Source of the DNA: Polyangiaceae bacterium
Lineage (GTDB): Bacteria; Myxococcota_A; Polyangia; Polyangiales; Polyangiaceae
DNA length: 64,000 nt
NCBI GenBank assembly: GCA_044376115.1
Contig: JBILLK010000005.1
Location: 352,001 to 416,000 of the forward strand
Direction of reading: 5' to 3'
The notes below the pieces were generated by a model. It did no database searches. It saw only the letters and a program-made list of their open reading frames with translations, and had not been told where the DNA came from. Positions within the stretch are counted from its first letter, which is position 1; each line of letters begins with the position of its first letter. Made by a program: the position numbers and the translations under genes. Below, piece after piece: positions 9,602 through 19,766 of the stretch.

Positions 9602-10473
9602 CGCAAGTCCAAGAGCTCCTCGGCATTGCCAAACAAAACCTGTTCGCGCTTGCTCTCGCTAAGCGGTAGTCGCGACACCCAGCCGAGGATCTCCCCGTAA
9701 TCGTAGGAGCCGTCCGACTCGTGGAAGCCGTAGGGTGCGTCGGTACCGAACAGGCAGCGCTCCGGACCCATCACCCGCACGACGTCCCGCGCCAGCGCTT
9801 CATCGAGGTAGGGGCTGGACAGGTCGACCCGGAGGTTGGGCAAATCTTTGCCGGCCCGCCAGAGATCGTCGAAGAACGGAAAACCTGCGTGCGCGGCGAC
9901 CAGCTTCAACTTGGGGAACGCTTCACAGATTGTGCGGTAGTCACCGCGGGCTCCGAACCCGAGATGAATCAGCACCGGCAAGCGCAGCTCTTCGGCGCGG
10001 CGTAGCAATGGCGTAAGCAGCTCTGTTCGATAGTCGTGCCAATGCGGGTGAAGCTTGAGCCCGACCATGCCGGGGCTACTCCGCCACTGCTCGAGCTCGT
10101 CCAGCACGCGCGGGTTCTGTCTCGGATTGAGAAAGATCCATCCAAGTACGCGCTTGGGATGTTGGGCGCACAAGGTAGCGACGCTCGCGTTGTCCGGTCG
10201 GGCATCGATCGCGATGGTTTTCCCCGAGATGACGACGTTTCCTTCCGGGGTCAGGGTGCGTCGGTGGATCGCTTCGACCAAGGGGCGGGTCCAAGAACGA
10301 CGAGCCAGGGCGCGCGCTACTTTCAGCAGGTTGGTGGGTGACTCGAGGATGGGCTCGTTCATGGAAGGGATGAGAACCACTCGGGAAACCGCGCGAGCGT
10401 CCAACTTCTGCAAGAGCGCTCCGGCCTGCAACATTCGCGGCTCGTAGTGAGCGTGCACATCGATGATCCGCAT
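9598..10473 (-). CDS. Amidohydrolase family (Amidohydro_2) metal-dependent hydrolase
   Basis: IDVHAH, GLKLHP, PVLIH, AAHAG, LFGTDAP, GNA. Confidence 0.85.
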   Translation of the reverse strand: MRIIDVHAHYEPRMLQAGALLQKLDARAVSRVVLIPSMNEPILESPTNLLKVARALARRSWTRPLVEAIHRRTLTPEGNVVISGKTIAIDARPDNASVATLCAQHPKRVLGWIFLNPRQNPRVLDELEQWRSSPGMVGLKLHPHWHDYRTELLTPLLRRAEELRLPVLIHLGFGARGDYRTICEAFPKLKLVAAHAGFPFFDDLWRAGKDLPNLRVDLSSPYLDEALARDVVRVMGPERCLFGTDAPYGFHESDGSYDYGEILGWVSRLPLSESKREQVLFGNAEELLDLR

Positions 10474-10530
10474 CTTGGCCTCTCAAACTTCAGTCCGGGC
10501 CGAGCCCGGTGCTAAGCTAACCGCCGCCTT

Positions 10531-12015
10531 ATGAACGACGCTGCGCCTCTCGTCCCGGTCTCGCCTGGTGACATCCTTCTCGGCAAATACGTGGTTGAGC
10601 GTGTGATCGGCGCCGGCGGTATGGGCGTGGTCGTCGCGGTGCGCCACCGCGAGCTCGGTGAACTCTACGCAATGAAGTTCATGTTGCCCGCCGCTCTGGC
10701 CAACGAGCAGGCGATCGACCGCTTCGTCCGAGAGGCGCGCGCGGCGGCCAAGCTGAAAAGCGAGCACGTAGCCAAAGTACACGACGTTGGGCGTTTGGAG
10801 AACGGCGCGCCCTACATGGTGATGGAGCACCTCACCGGCCAAGATCTCGAGGCGGTGCTCTCGGCAACAGGACCGCTGTCCCCCGAGGTGGCTGCCACCT
10901 ACGTGATGCAAGCTTGTGACGCTATCGCTGAGGCTCACGACGCTGGGGTCATTCACCGCGATCTCAAGCCGGCCAACCTATTCGTAACCAAGCGAGCCAA
11001 CGGCAGCCCGTGCGTGAAGGTGCTCGACTTCGGCATCTCCAAGCAGGTCAATCCGGATGAGGCCGCAAACTCGATGACGCGCACCACGGCGATCATGGGG
11101 TCGCCGTATTACATGTCCCCGGAGCAGATGCGGTCGAGCAAGAACGTGGACCACCGCACCGACATCTGGGCGCTGGGGGTGATCCTCTATCAGCTCTCCA
11201 CGGGCCGCGTGCCTTTCCCCGGCGAGACGATCACCGAGGTGTGCTCCGGCGTGCTCGCCGATGAACCCGCGTCTCTTACCGTCATCGCGCATATTCCCGC
11301 AGCCTTCGATGGGATCGTTCGGCGTTGCTTGCAAAAGAACCCGACCTCGCGCTTCGCCAATGCACGCGAGCTGGCGTCGGCTTTGGCCGCTGTTGCAGGC
11401 GCCTCGCCTGGTACGAGCGGGCTCAATCTTCAGGTGGCTTCTGCGCTCCCTGGCCAGCCTGCTCGCCCCGGAACGATGGCGATGGACGGGCCGCCGCCGC
11501 AGTTGGCGCAAGCCCTCTCGAGGTCGCAGGGCGGCCAGGTTGCTCAAAGCGGTCAGACGCAAACGGAGTGGGGACGGCCCGTTGCTCCGCCGCAAAAGAA
11601 GAGCTCCGCAGGTTTGGTGATCGGCCTGCTTGGGCTCGCGCTGGTCGGAGGAGGAATTGGCGCCTTCGTGTTCATGCAGAAGGGCAAGGCCCCTGAGCCC
11701 GCTGCCGCGACGGCCAAGGAGACGGCGAGCGAGCCGGCCACGGCCCAGCCCGTAGAGACGGCAACGGCGAAGCCAGCGTTCGGTGACGGGCCGGGCACGA
11801 GTGCAACGCCGACAAGCTCTGCCACATTGGCTGCTAGCGCACCTGTTTCGGCGGAGCCAAGCGCAGAGCCGACCGCCAAGCCAACGGCCACGGCGGTGGC
11901 GACGGCCACGACGAAGGTCGTCAGCAAACCCACGCCGACAGCGAAAGCCACGGCCGTCGTTACCTCGAAACCAGTTGCAACGGCGCGTCCCACGGTTGGC
12001 GGCGGCATCTTCTGA
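10531..12015 (+). CDS. Hanks-type Ser/Thr protein kinase with one TM helix and a Pro/Thr/Ala-rich tail
   Basis: GAGGMGVV, AMK, HRDLKPAN, DFG, GSPYYMSPE; TM segment LVIGLLGLALVGGGIGAFVF. Confidence 0.95.
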   Translation: MNDAAPLVPVSPGDILLGKYVVERVIGAGGMGVVVAVRHRELGELYAMKFMLPAALANEQAIDRFVREARAAAKLKSEHVAKVHDVGRLENGAPYMVMEHLTGQDLEAVLSATGPLSPEVAATYVMQACDAIAEAHDAGVIHRDLKPANLFVTKRANGSPCVKVLDFGISKQVNPDEAANSMTRTTAIMGSPYYMSPEQMRSSKNVDHRTDIWALGVILYQLSTGRVPFPGETITEVCSGVLADEPASLTVIAHIPAAFDGIVRRCLQKNPTSRFANARELASALAAVAGASPGTSGLNLQVASALPGQPARPGTMAMDGPPPQLAQALSRSQGGQVAQSGQTQTEWGRPVAPPQKKSSAGLVIGLLGLALVGGGIGAFVFMQKGKAPEPAAATAKETASEPATAQPVETATAKPAFGDGPGTSATPTSSATLAASAPVSAEPSAEPTAKPTATAVATATTKVVSKPTPTAKATAVVTSKPVATARPTVGGGIF

Positions 12016-12035
12016 GCCGCTGACTTCTGCGGCGG

Positions 12036-12653
12036 TCAGTCGAGGAAACGCACCTGCTCGGCTGCCGCTTTCCACTCGAAGTCGCGGCCGGCTTGGGGTC
12101 TGACCAGCTCAGGACCAAGCAGCGGAAGAGGCACCAACCAGGCGAGGTTGGGGTATGCGCGCGCAAACGCCGCTAGCGCTAGCGGACCAGCAAAGCCGAT
12201 GAAGACGAGCGTTCGATCGAGCGGCAGTCTGCGCAGTCTGCGCGTGTAGATGTTGAGCAGGGTGAAGCCCAACGCGAGGATTGGCGTCGCGAGTCCGAAG
12301 GTCGGGAAGTACCACGCGCCAGCGATGCACACCGCCATGAGGGCGAGGCCGCTCACCCGGCTCTGCAGCACCAGCTTGCGCTGGATGGCCAATCCGACGG
12401 GGTTGCGCGCGCTGCACTTGGGACAGGTTGCAAATCGCAGGACCTCGCGCGCGAGCTCTTCCAAGCTCTTGGTCTTGACGCTGATCGCTTTGGCGGTGCC
12501 CGCGTCGATCTGTCGCTTGGCCTCTTCAGGCGGCAGAAAGAACACGCGGTCCTTTTTGTTGACCGGCACATCGGGGATCTTGAGCCCGCTTACGCGCACG
12601 GTGGTTTCTGCCGCGCAGGCCTCGCATGCGTACGTCAAGGTGACCGCTGCCAT
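12036..12653 (-). CDS. Hypothetical membrane protein with two CxxC motifs (zinc-ribbon-like)
   Basis: CEAC and CPKC, followed by about 4 hydrophobic segments. Confidence 0.65.
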   Translation of the reverse strand: MAAVTLTYACEACAAETTVRVSGLKIPDVPVNKKDRVFFLPPEEAKRQIDAGTAKAISVKTKSLEELAREVLRFATCPKCSARNPVGLAIQRKLVLQSRVSGLALMAVCIAGAWYFPTFGLATPILALGFTLLNIYTRRLRRLPLDRTLVFIGFAGPLALAAFARAYPNLAWLVPLPLLGPELVRPQAGRDFEWKAAAEQVRFLD

Positions 12654-12700
12654 CGATTGCGCTGCTTAGCGGAAGTTGCGGCGCGCGGTGAAGGAAAGGC

Positions 12701-12730
12701 AAAAGCCCACCAGCTTGGCCGGTGGGCTTT
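12701..12730 (-). terminator. Probable intrinsic terminator of pckA
   Basis: 10-bp stem AAAGCCCACC/GGTGGGCTTT about 20 nt after the pckA stop; T-run follows on the minus strand. Confidence 0.7.
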
Positions 12731-12751
12731 CGCGTGCAAAGCGACTGGCTG

Positions 12752-14338
12752 TTAGAGGCGCGGGCCAGCTTTGCGAACGTCTTCCGACGCTTGCTCGGCG
12801 AACTTCTTGAAGTTGTCGGTGAAGAGCGCCGCGAGCTTCTTCGCCATGGCGTCGTAGCCGGCCTTGTCAGCCCAGGTGTTGCGCGGAATCAGCATCTCAG
12901 CGGGGACCCCAGCGCACTCGGTCGGGACGGCCAAGCCAAAGGTGGGATCCTCCACCGTCTTGGCGTTGTTGAGCTCGCCGTTGTGGATCGCGTCGATGAT
13001 GGCGCGCGTGTACTTGAGCTTCATACGCGAACCAACGCCGTGCGGACCGCCTGACCAGCCGGTGTTGACGAGCCAGCATTGGGCGTTGTGCTTGGTGAGC
13101 TTGGAGGCGAGCAGCTCGGCGTACTTCGTCGGGTGCCACACGATGAAGGGCTGGCCAAAGCAGGAGGAGAACGTGGCCGAAGGCTCGGTCACACCCATCT
13201 CGGTACCGGCCACCTTCGCCGTGTAGCCCGAGATGAAGTGGTACATCGCCTGGGCGTTGGTGAGCTTCGACACGGGGGGCAACACGCCGAAGGCGTCGCA
13301 GGTGAGGAAGATCACGTTGTTCGGGTGCTTGGCGACGCAAGGCACCTTGGCGTTCGGGATGTATTCGATCGGGTAGCTGCAGCGGGTGTTGTCGGTGATC
13401 GAAACGTTGTCGTAGTCCACCCTGCGGGTGTGCTCGTCGAAGACGACGTTCTCGAGCACTGAGCCGAAGCGGATCGCGCGGAAGATGTCGGGTTCGGCGG
13501 CCTCGCTGAGGTTGATGGCCTTCGCGTAGCAACCACCCTCGATGTTGAACACGCCCTCGTCGCTCCAAGCGTGCTCGTCATCCCCAATCAACTTGCGCTT
13601 CGGATCGGCCGAGAGCGTGGTCTTGCCGGTTCCGGAGAGGCCGAACAAAACCGAGACGTCGCCCTTGTCCCCCTCGGTGGCCGAGCAGTGCATCGAAAGC
13701 ACGCCTTGCTTGGGCATCAGGTAGTTCATGATCGTGAACACACCCTTCTTCATCTCCCCGGCGTACTCCGAGCCGAGAATGACGAACTCTTTGCGCTCGA
13801 AGCTGAGCGCGATGCTCGTCGTCGAGGTCATGCCGAAGGTGTAGCGGTTGGCCGGGAATTTCCCGCCGTTGAAGATCACGTAGTCCGGCTCACCGAAGTT
13901 CTCGAGCTCTTCGTCGGTCGGGCGGATCAACATGTTGTGCATGAACAGCGCGTGGTAGGCGCGGGCACAGATCACGCGGATCTTGATGCGGTACTTCGGG
14001 TCCCAGCCAGCGTAGCCGTCGATGCAGTAAAGGTGCTCGCGCGTGTTGAGGTAGTCGATGGCGCGTTCACGGTTGGTGAGGAATACCTGCTCGGTCAGCT
14101 TGATATTGACCGGCCCCCACCAAACGTCGTTGGTGCTGTCGGGGTGGTCCATGATGCGCTTGTCTTTGGGGCTGCGGCCGGTCTTGGCTCCGCTCAGCGC
14201 CACGAGCGCGCCGCTCGAGGTGATGGCGCTCCCTTTCTCTCGCTGCAGAGCGAGCTCGTACAAGTGGGCCGCGGAGGGGTTCCGCAGCACCTCATGGACC
14301 GAGATTCCGTGGTTCGCGAGGGAGAACGAATTCACCAT
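12752..14338 (-). CDS. pckA: Phosphoenolpyruvate carboxykinase (ATP)
   Basis: [46 protein letters not shown]. Start placed at ATG 14338 after AAGGAG. Confidence 0.97.
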   Translation of the reverse strand: MVNSFSLANHGISVHEVLRNPSAAHLYELALQREKGSAITSSGALVALSGAKTGRSPKDKRIMDHPDSTNDVWWGPVNIKLTEQVFLTNRERAIDYLNTREHLYCIDGYAGWDPKYRIKIRVICARAYHALFMHNMLIRPTDEELENFGEPDYVIFNGGKFPANRYTFGMTSTTSIALSFERKEFVILGSEYAGEMKKGVFTIMNYLMPKQGVLSMHCSATEGDKGDVSVLFGLSGTGKTTLSADPKRKLIGDDEHAWSDEGVFNIEGGCYAKAINLSEAAEPDIFRAIRFGSVLENVVFDEHTRRVDYDNVSITDNTRCSYPIEYIPNAKVPCVAKHPNNVIFLTCDAFGVLPPVSKLTNAQAMYHFISGYTAKVAGTEMGVTEPSATFSSCFGQPFIVWHPTKYAELLASKLTKHNAQCWLVNTGWSGGPHGVGSRMKLKYTRAIIDAIHNGELNNAKTVEDPTFGLAVPTECAGVPAEMLIPRNTWADKAGYDAMAKKLAALFTDNFKKFAEQASEDVRKAGPRL

Positions 14339-14645
14339 TTGAGTCACTCCTTGGCTCAGGTCGAGCCTACGCCGACGGGCGAGAACAACGGCCCCACTCT
14401 TGCCATTTTCGCCGCCAGGATCCCACCCCCAAACGTGCTTCTGGCGCTGATGACGACGTGACGCGATGCACCATTTCGGCCTCGAATTGCACGCGTCGCA
14501 AATAAATATCGATGCACCCTCGATCAAAATTTGGCCCATCGGTTCCAATGTAAGTCATTGTGCGCCCAGGTAGTCCTGAGTGGTTTTTGATAGCTGCCGG
14601 GAAACACGAGTCAATTCGCGCACTAGCGCCCTATCGAGGTTCGTT

Positions 14646-15461
14646 ATGAAGTTCACCCTCTGGATGTTGGGTCTTCCGCTTCTGCTCACCGCCTCAAGCG
14701 CTTCGGCGGAGACGCTGAGCGTCAAGCTCGCGTCGGCGAACTTCCGAGCGCGTCCGCACGAGGCCGCCGAACTCAAGTTCTCGGCCGATAAGTTCTTCCC
14801 GGTTGACGTGGTCGAGAAGAAGAACGGCTGGGCCAAGGTTCGTGACTTCGAAGGCGATGAGGCCTGGGTGCTCGAGCGAGCGCTTGGCAACACGCAGAGC
14901 GTCGTCGTTTCCGCGGAGAAGGCGAACATCCGCGAGGCCGCCAACACCACCAGCGACGTGCTCTTCACCGTCAAGCGCGGTGAGGTCTTCAAGGTGGAAT
15001 CGCGCCAAGGCAACTGGCTCAAGGTGGTCGATGCCAACGGCGACGGCGGCTTCATTCGAGACGACATGACCTGGGGCGAGTTGCCCGCGCCTGCGGAGGT
15101 CGCCGAGAAGGCCGAGGAGCTGGTCAAAGGCTCTTCCTCGGCGAAAGAGACCACGCTGGCTGTCGACAAGGCCGTCGAGATCACCCAAAAGGTTGGTCAG
15201 GCGACCGAGGTGAAGCCGCCCGCCGCGAGTGAGCTCGAGACGCTCTCGAAGAAGGCCACCGAGTGGGCCTCACGACCGGAGAACCTCGAGGTGCTATGCC
15301 GCGCCTATCTCGAGGAGGTCAAGACTCACTCCGAGAAGAAGCCGACCGCAACGGCAACGCCGAAGAAGGCTGGCAAGCCCGCAGCTCAGCCCAAATCGGC
15401 GTCGAACCAAAAGAGCCCTGGGAAACCCAAGGCTCAAAAGAAGTCGACCAAGAAAGCTTGA
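14646..15461 (+). CDS. Secreted tandem bacterial SH3 domain protein with Lys-rich tail
   Basis: Signal peptide; two SH3b-like repeats (ANFRARP...GWAKVRD...AWV and ANIREA...NWLKV...GFI); basic C-terminus. Confidence 0.8.
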   Translation: MKFTLWMLGLPLLLTASSASAETLSVKLASANFRARPHEAAELKFSADKFFPVDVVEKKNGWAKVRDFEGDEAWVLERALGNTQSVVVSAEKANIREAANTTSDVLFTVKRGEVFKVESRQGNWLKVVDANGDGGFIRDDMTWGELPAPAEVAEKAEELVKGSSSAKETTLAVDKAVEITQKVGQATEVKPPAASELETLSKKATEWASRPENLEVLCRAYLEEVKTHSEKKPTATATPKKAGKPAAQPKSASNQKSPGKPKAQKKSTKKA

Positions 15462-15483
15462 GTCCGTCCGCTCGCACCCGCTC

Positions 15484-16494
15484 TCAGAGGAGCGGGTAGT
15501 CGAGCTCGCTGCGCACGTAGATCTCCTCGTACTTGATCAGCGGATCGGCCGGCGGAGCGAAGATGCCAAACACTCCGACAACCTCGGCGAAGTTGGTGTT
15601 GAGCCCGTCGGTTAGGCCGGTGAACGCCTTGGTATCCAAGAAGAACGGGCTCAAGCTCGTGATGCCGGGGTTCATCGGATCGATGGGAGCGCCGGTGTCC
15701 CAAAGGCCGAAGGTTGCTTCCGGCGCGTTGGGATTGCCCGAGACCGTGTCAACGCGCACGAGCACTGGGCCCATCGTGTTCTCGTAGGCGTCGACGGTGA
15801 GGTCGGCCAAGGTCGCGAGTACAGGCGTAGGCGTTCCCGTTCCAACGACCTCGGCGCAGCCCGGAAGGTTGGTTGACACGAAGAAGAAGAGCTCATTCTT
15901 TCCGTTGGCCGTGTCGCGGAAGGCGAAGGCACGTAGGTCGACGCGATCACCGACGGCCAGCTGGGTGAAGTAGTTCGCCGTTGACGGTGATACGCCCACG
16001 CGCAGGCTTTGCTTGTTTGCGGCGGCGAGACTCGCGAAGCTCTCTTGCTGTTGGACGAAGAACTGGCACGCGACGCCGGTCTCACAACCGTCGCCGGCGA
16101 CCGCGGTTACGTAGACCCCCGGGACCCAATACTCGGTCGGGCCGGCCGGATCGTCCGCCCATACTTCGGCGATCGTGCTCGACTCGAGACCCGGCGGCTG
16201 GACGTCGCAGGTCGGCCAGCCGCCGCCGGCTCCGCCGCCCCCTGCTGTTTGACCGCCCTCGCCACCGAGGCCGCCCTCACCACCGAGGCCGCCTTCCCCT
16301 GCGTTGGCGCCGGTTCCACCCGCCCCTCCGCTGCCACCGCCACCGCTAACCGTTGCACCCGCCCCCCCCGCTGATTCTCCGCCAGCGCCGCCCGACCCAC
16401 CGCTGGCCGGCACCTCTCCGCCTCCGCACGCGAGAAGAAGGGAGACGGCTGCAAACGGGGTAAACACACTCAAGTTCGGGCGTCGTTGAAGCAT
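15484..16494 (-). CDS. Gly-linker lipoprotein with probable YhcR-like OB-fold domain(s)
   Basis: Lipobox LLLAC; Gly-rich tether; TIAEV...GVYVTAV...FFVQ...VGDRVDL pattern. Confidence 0.65.
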   Translation of the reverse strand: MLQRRPNLSVFTPFAAVSLLLACGGGEVPASGGSGGAGGESAGGAGATVSGGGGSGGAGGTGANAGEGGLGGEGGLGGEGGQTAGGGGAGGGWPTCDVQPPGLESSTIAEVWADDPAGPTEYWVPGVYVTAVAGDGCETGVACQFFVQQQESFASLAAANKQSLRVGVSPSTANYFTQLAVGDRVDLRAFAFRDTANGKNELFFFVSTNLPGCAEVVGTGTPTPVLATLADLTVDAYENTMGPVLVRVDTVSGNPNAPEATFGLWDTGAPIDPMNPGITSLSPFFLDTKAFTGLTDGLNTNFAEVVGVFGIFAPPADPLIKYEEIYVRSELDYPLL

Positions 16495-16612
16495 CTGGGG
16501 GCCTTAAGCAATCGGCACTCGCGCCGCAAGCCCATCAAAAGCAACGAATTTGCCCGAACGATAGCTTTTCTCGGGTGACAGAGGGCCGGCTGTCTCATAA
16601 GGTCGACAGCCC

Positions 16613-16939
16613 GTGAGAGTTCTTCTCCTCCTCGCGGCCGTTCCGGCCCTCCTAGCGACAGAAACCGCTGTCGAGGTTAGCTCGTCGCTGTTCGGGGCGA
16701 GCACCGTCGCTGAAGCACAGGCGAGTTCGCAGGAACTGCGAGTCGGAGACACGCTGCAGGCCGTTCGTGACGTCTCGCTCGACGAGGCCATCGTCGCCGA
16801 GGGTTCCAAGGTCAACGTGAGCGGCAAACGTTCTCTGAACGGAAGCGTCGTGGTGGATGTTGCGCTCGCGGATGGGCACGTGGTGAAAGGCCTGCCGCTG
16901 GCTGAGATCCACAAGAACTTCCGTCGCGTCGATCGTTAG
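16613..16939 (+). CDS. Small secreted hypothetical protein
   Basis: Signal peptide-like N-terminus; ends 7 nt before ddl. Confidence 0.65.
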   Translation: MRVLLLLAAVPALLATETAVEVSSSLFGASTVAEAQASSQELRVGDTLQAVRDVSLDEAIVAEGSKVNVSGKRSLNGSVVVDVALADGHVVKGLPLAEIHKNFRRVDR

Positions 16940-16946
16940 CGCGCTG

Positions 16947-18095
16947 GTGACCATGGTTGCGCGCAAGCTGCGGGTCGCAGTGCTGTTCGGTGGGCGGTCT
17001 GCGGAGCACGAGATTTCGGTGCTCTCGGCGCGATTCGTTTTGGAGTCGCTCGACCGCGAGCGCTTCGAGCCTGTGCTCGTGGGGATCACCAAAGATGGGC
17101 GTTGGGTCCGGGAGTCGGAGGCGGCGCTGTTGGCGCAGTCGCGGGATCCTCGTTTGGCCCAGGTCAACGCTGCAGCCGCCGCAGCCGAGTTGCACCTCGC
17201 GGCTCACCCCGTCATGCAGGCTCAGGACGCTTCCGCGCAAGCCGCGTTATTGGGCGGCGAAGCCGCGGAAGGCATCGATGTGGTCTTCCCGGTGCTGCAC
17301 GGCCCGATGGGTGAAGACGGCACGATTCAAGGCCTCTTTCGCTTGGCGGAGGTGGCGTTCGTCGGTTCCGGTGTGCTCGGTTCGGCCGTCGGCATGGACA
17401 AGGACGTGATGAAGCGTCTGTTCCACGAGGCGGGCCTGCCCATCGTTCCCCATCGCACCCTGAAGCGCCGCACCTTCGATAAGAACCGCGCCGCCGTCCT
17501 CGCGGAGCTGAATGCGTTTGCAGCGGGTGAGGCGCTGTTCGTCAAGCCCGCCAACCTTGGGTCGAGCGTCGGTGTTTCGCGAGCAGCCTCCAGCGAGGCG
17601 CTGGGCCCGGCCCTGGACCACGCCTTCGCTTTCGACGACAAGGTGGTGGTTGAGCGCGGTGTACCGGGCGTTCGCGAGATCGAATGCGGTGTGCTCGGCA
17701 ATGACGCTCCGATCGCTTCTGTCGTTGGGGAAATCGTCGTGACGCACGCCGACGGCTTCTATTCGTATGACGCCAAGTACGTAGACAGCAGCGGCTCGCA
17801 CACGGTGATTCCGGCTGAGATCAGCCCGAGCGAGGCGAGCCGGGTGCAGGCGTTGGCGGTGCGAGCGTTCGAGGTGCTCGGCTGTGACGGGCTCGCGCGA
17901 GTGGACTTCTTCCGCGCGGCAGACGGGACCATCTACTTGAACGAGGTGAACACGATGCCGGGCTTCACCGCGATCAGCATGTACCCGAAGTTGTTCGAAG
18001 CGAGCGGCATTGGCGCCCGTGAGTTGGTTACCCGCCTGGTTGAACTCGGGCTCGAGCGCGCTCGTGAAAAGCGCGCCCTGCGTACCAGCGCCTGA
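16947..18095 (+). CDS. ddl: D-alanine--D-alanine ligase
   Basis: GGRSAEHEIS, LHGPMGEDG, MDK, FVKPANLGSSVG, FYSYDAKY, ARVDFF, NEVNTMPG. Confidence 0.95.
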   Translation: MTMVARKLRVAVLFGGRSAEHEISVLSARFVLESLDRERFEPVLVGITKDGRWVRESEAALLAQSRDPRLAQVNAAAAAAELHLAAHPVMQAQDASAQAALLGGEAAEGIDVVFPVLHGPMGEDGTIQGLFRLAEVAFVGSGVLGSAVGMDKDVMKRLFHEAGLPIVPHRTLKRRTFDKNRAAVLAELNAFAAGEALFVKPANLGSSVGVSRAASSEALGPALDHAFAFDDKVVVERGVPGVREIECGVLGNDAPIASVVGEIVVTHADGFYSYDAKYVDSSGSHTVIPAEISPSEASRVQALAVRAFEVLGCDGLARVDFFRAADGTIYLNEVNTMPGFTAISMYPKLFEASGIGARELVTRLVELGLERAREKRALRTSA

Positions 18096-18097
18096 CC

Positions 18098-18412
18098 ATG
18101 TTCGTCGCCACCATCGTCTACGAGTTCACGAAGGCCACCGACCCGAAGGCGGAAAAGCTCTTTCGGGCCGAGATGGTCGGGCGTCGCTACAACGAACACT
18201 GGGAGGGCCGGCCCCTACCGCGCACCGCGTTGTGGATTCGGCGCACGACCGAGGCCGGTGAGACGGTGGTTGAGCTCAAGGCGCGCTGTGAACGAGAGGT
18301 TCAATCAGCCGTGCAAGCGGTGCGCAAGTTCGGTCTGACCATTGAGCTTTCTGCGCTTTGGATAAAGGTCATGGGCGGCGGAACCTGCGGCTTGGCTGAG
18401 CTTCCATTTTGA
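18098..18412 (+). CDS. Small hypothetical protein, possibly GhoS/Cas2-like ferredoxin fold
   Basis: Starts 2 nt after ddl; beta-alpha pattern IVYEF...EM...LPRTALW. Fold assignment is tentative. Confidence 0.6.
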   Translation: MFVATIVYEFTKATDPKAEKLFRAEMVGRRYNEHWEGRPLPRTALWIRRTTEAGETVVELKARCEREVQSAVQAVRKFGLTIELSALWIKVMGGGTCGLAELPF

Positions 18413-18506
18413 GCGGATTGAGGCCGGGAATGCTCGGTTCATCCTGGAGCATGCCAGTGTGGCGGCGCAAAGCGGCTTGGTGTAGACGCAGCGCCAGGAG
18501 CTCGTG

Positions 18507-18740
18507 ATGAAGGTCGCCCTTAGTGCTTTGGTTCTCGCTACGCTTGCGTCACTCGTGGCCTGTGAGGGCTATTCGGAAGAGAGGGCCAAGAAGTTCTGTG
18601 ATCAGGAGCAGGAAGCCCGCGGGGATTCAGCCTGTTTCTCGTCCACCGTCTATGACCAGTGCATTGCTGCCTTTGAAGAGTGCGGTGATGACGTTGACGT
18701 TGACGACGTAGCCTGCGGCCCCACCTACACTTGTCCCTGA
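18507..18740 (+). CDS. Small Cys-rich lipoprotein
   Basis: AGGAG SD; lipobox SLVAC; six further Cys residues. Confidence 0.7.
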   Translation: MKVALSALVLATLASLVACEGYSEERAKKFCDQEQEARGDSACFSSTVYDQCIAAFEECGDDVDVDDVACGPTYTCP

Positions 18741-19741
18741 AGTCGTTATTGCAGAGCCTGTCGCCCAAACGGCGGTCGGCTCGGCGCAGCTACGAGCGTG
18801 CCATTGACGAGGCGGCTGAACTCATAGGGAAAGACGCTCGAGAGTTGCCGCGCGCCTTGGAGCGAGCGATCGCTGCAGGTGAGACTGCGTTCGGCCAAGA
18901 AGCGGAAGAACTAGCGGCGCCACTCTACGCTTTGGCCGCTCACTTCCTTGCGACGGGAGCAGCGAAGCAGGCGTTGACCGCCTCATCGAGGCTTCAGACC
19001 ATCGCTACGGCTCCCGACCGTACGGAGCCGACCTTCGTTCAGGTAAAGGCGCTACACGCCGCCATCCTCGTGCGCGAGGACGCTTCGAGTAGCGCTGCCG
19101 CGATCGCACTCGAGGAGTGGGCTCGTGCCGCGGAAGTGGCTGGTGACGCACAGGCAGCGGGCGCAGCCTGGAACCAGGTCGCGTTGACGATGGCACGCAA
19201 AGGTGAGCGTGATCTCGCTGCCGTTCTGTTTGAAAAGGCGCGCAAGCACCGTACGCAGGCGCTCGGTGACTCCGCTTTGCCGACGCTCGAGACGATCTTC
19301 AACGCAGCGACCTTCCGTGGTTCCCAGATGGACCTCGAGGTCGCAGAGGCGGACTTGCGGTTGGTGGTGCGAGCGCTCGAGAGCCAATCGCGTGAGGAGG
19401 TCGTTGAGCTTCAGGCCTCGGCGTTGCACAACCTAGCGGTGTTGCGCGAGGAGCGCGGGGATGCAGAAGAGGCGCGTCTTTTGTACGCGCGTGCGCTCAG
19501 CGTGTTCGAGCAACGCTACGGTCTGAAAGGTCGCGAGCTGCGGCCAACGCTCGTGCGCCTGGCCCTGCTTCATCACCGTGAAGGTTCTCTGCTGCTCGCC
19601 ATCGAGGCCTACGATCGGGCGTACGAGATCGCGACAGCGGAGCTTGGAGCCGAGCACCCCATCCCGGTGGCAATCCGAGCGTGGAAGACCGAGCTGACCG
19701 AGGGCGTCGGTCCCGGCGCCGTCGAGCGCGGACTCGCTTGA
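18731..19741 (+). CDS. Tetratricopeptide repeat protein (kinesin-light-chain-like TPR)
   Basis: ASALHNLAVL...GDAEEARLLYARALSV and LGAEHP repeats. Confidence 0.8.
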   Translation: MSLKSLLQSLSPKRRSARRSYERAIDEAAELIGKDARELPRALERAIAAGETAFGQEAEELAAPLYALAAHFLATGAAKQALTASSRLQTIATAPDRTEPTFVQVKALHAAILVREDASSSAAAIALEEWARAAEVAGDAQAAGAAWNQVALTMARKGERDLAAVLFEKARKHRTQALGDSALPTLETIFNAATFRGSQMDLEVAEADLRLVVRALESQSREEVVELQASALHNLAVLREERGDAEEARLLYARALSVFEQRYGLKGRELRPTLVRLALLHHREGSLLLAIEAYDRAYEIATAELGAEHPIPVAIRAWKTELTEGVGPGAVERGLA

Positions 19742-19766
19742 GCTGCGTCGCAGCGAGGCGACCTTC

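Noticed and set aside
14420..14436. ATCCCACCCCCAAACGT upstream of pckA resembles the putative sRNA loop, so a pckA leader would be complementary to it
   Set aside because: Only an 8-nt exact match, 80-100 nt from the start codon, and upstream of a plausible pckA -10 box (TAGGCT, 14369-14364), so it may not be transcribed.
14339..14548. 70-aa N-terminal extension of PckA in the ORF track
   Set aside because: Not PckA-like; a strong AAGGAG SD precedes ATG 14338.
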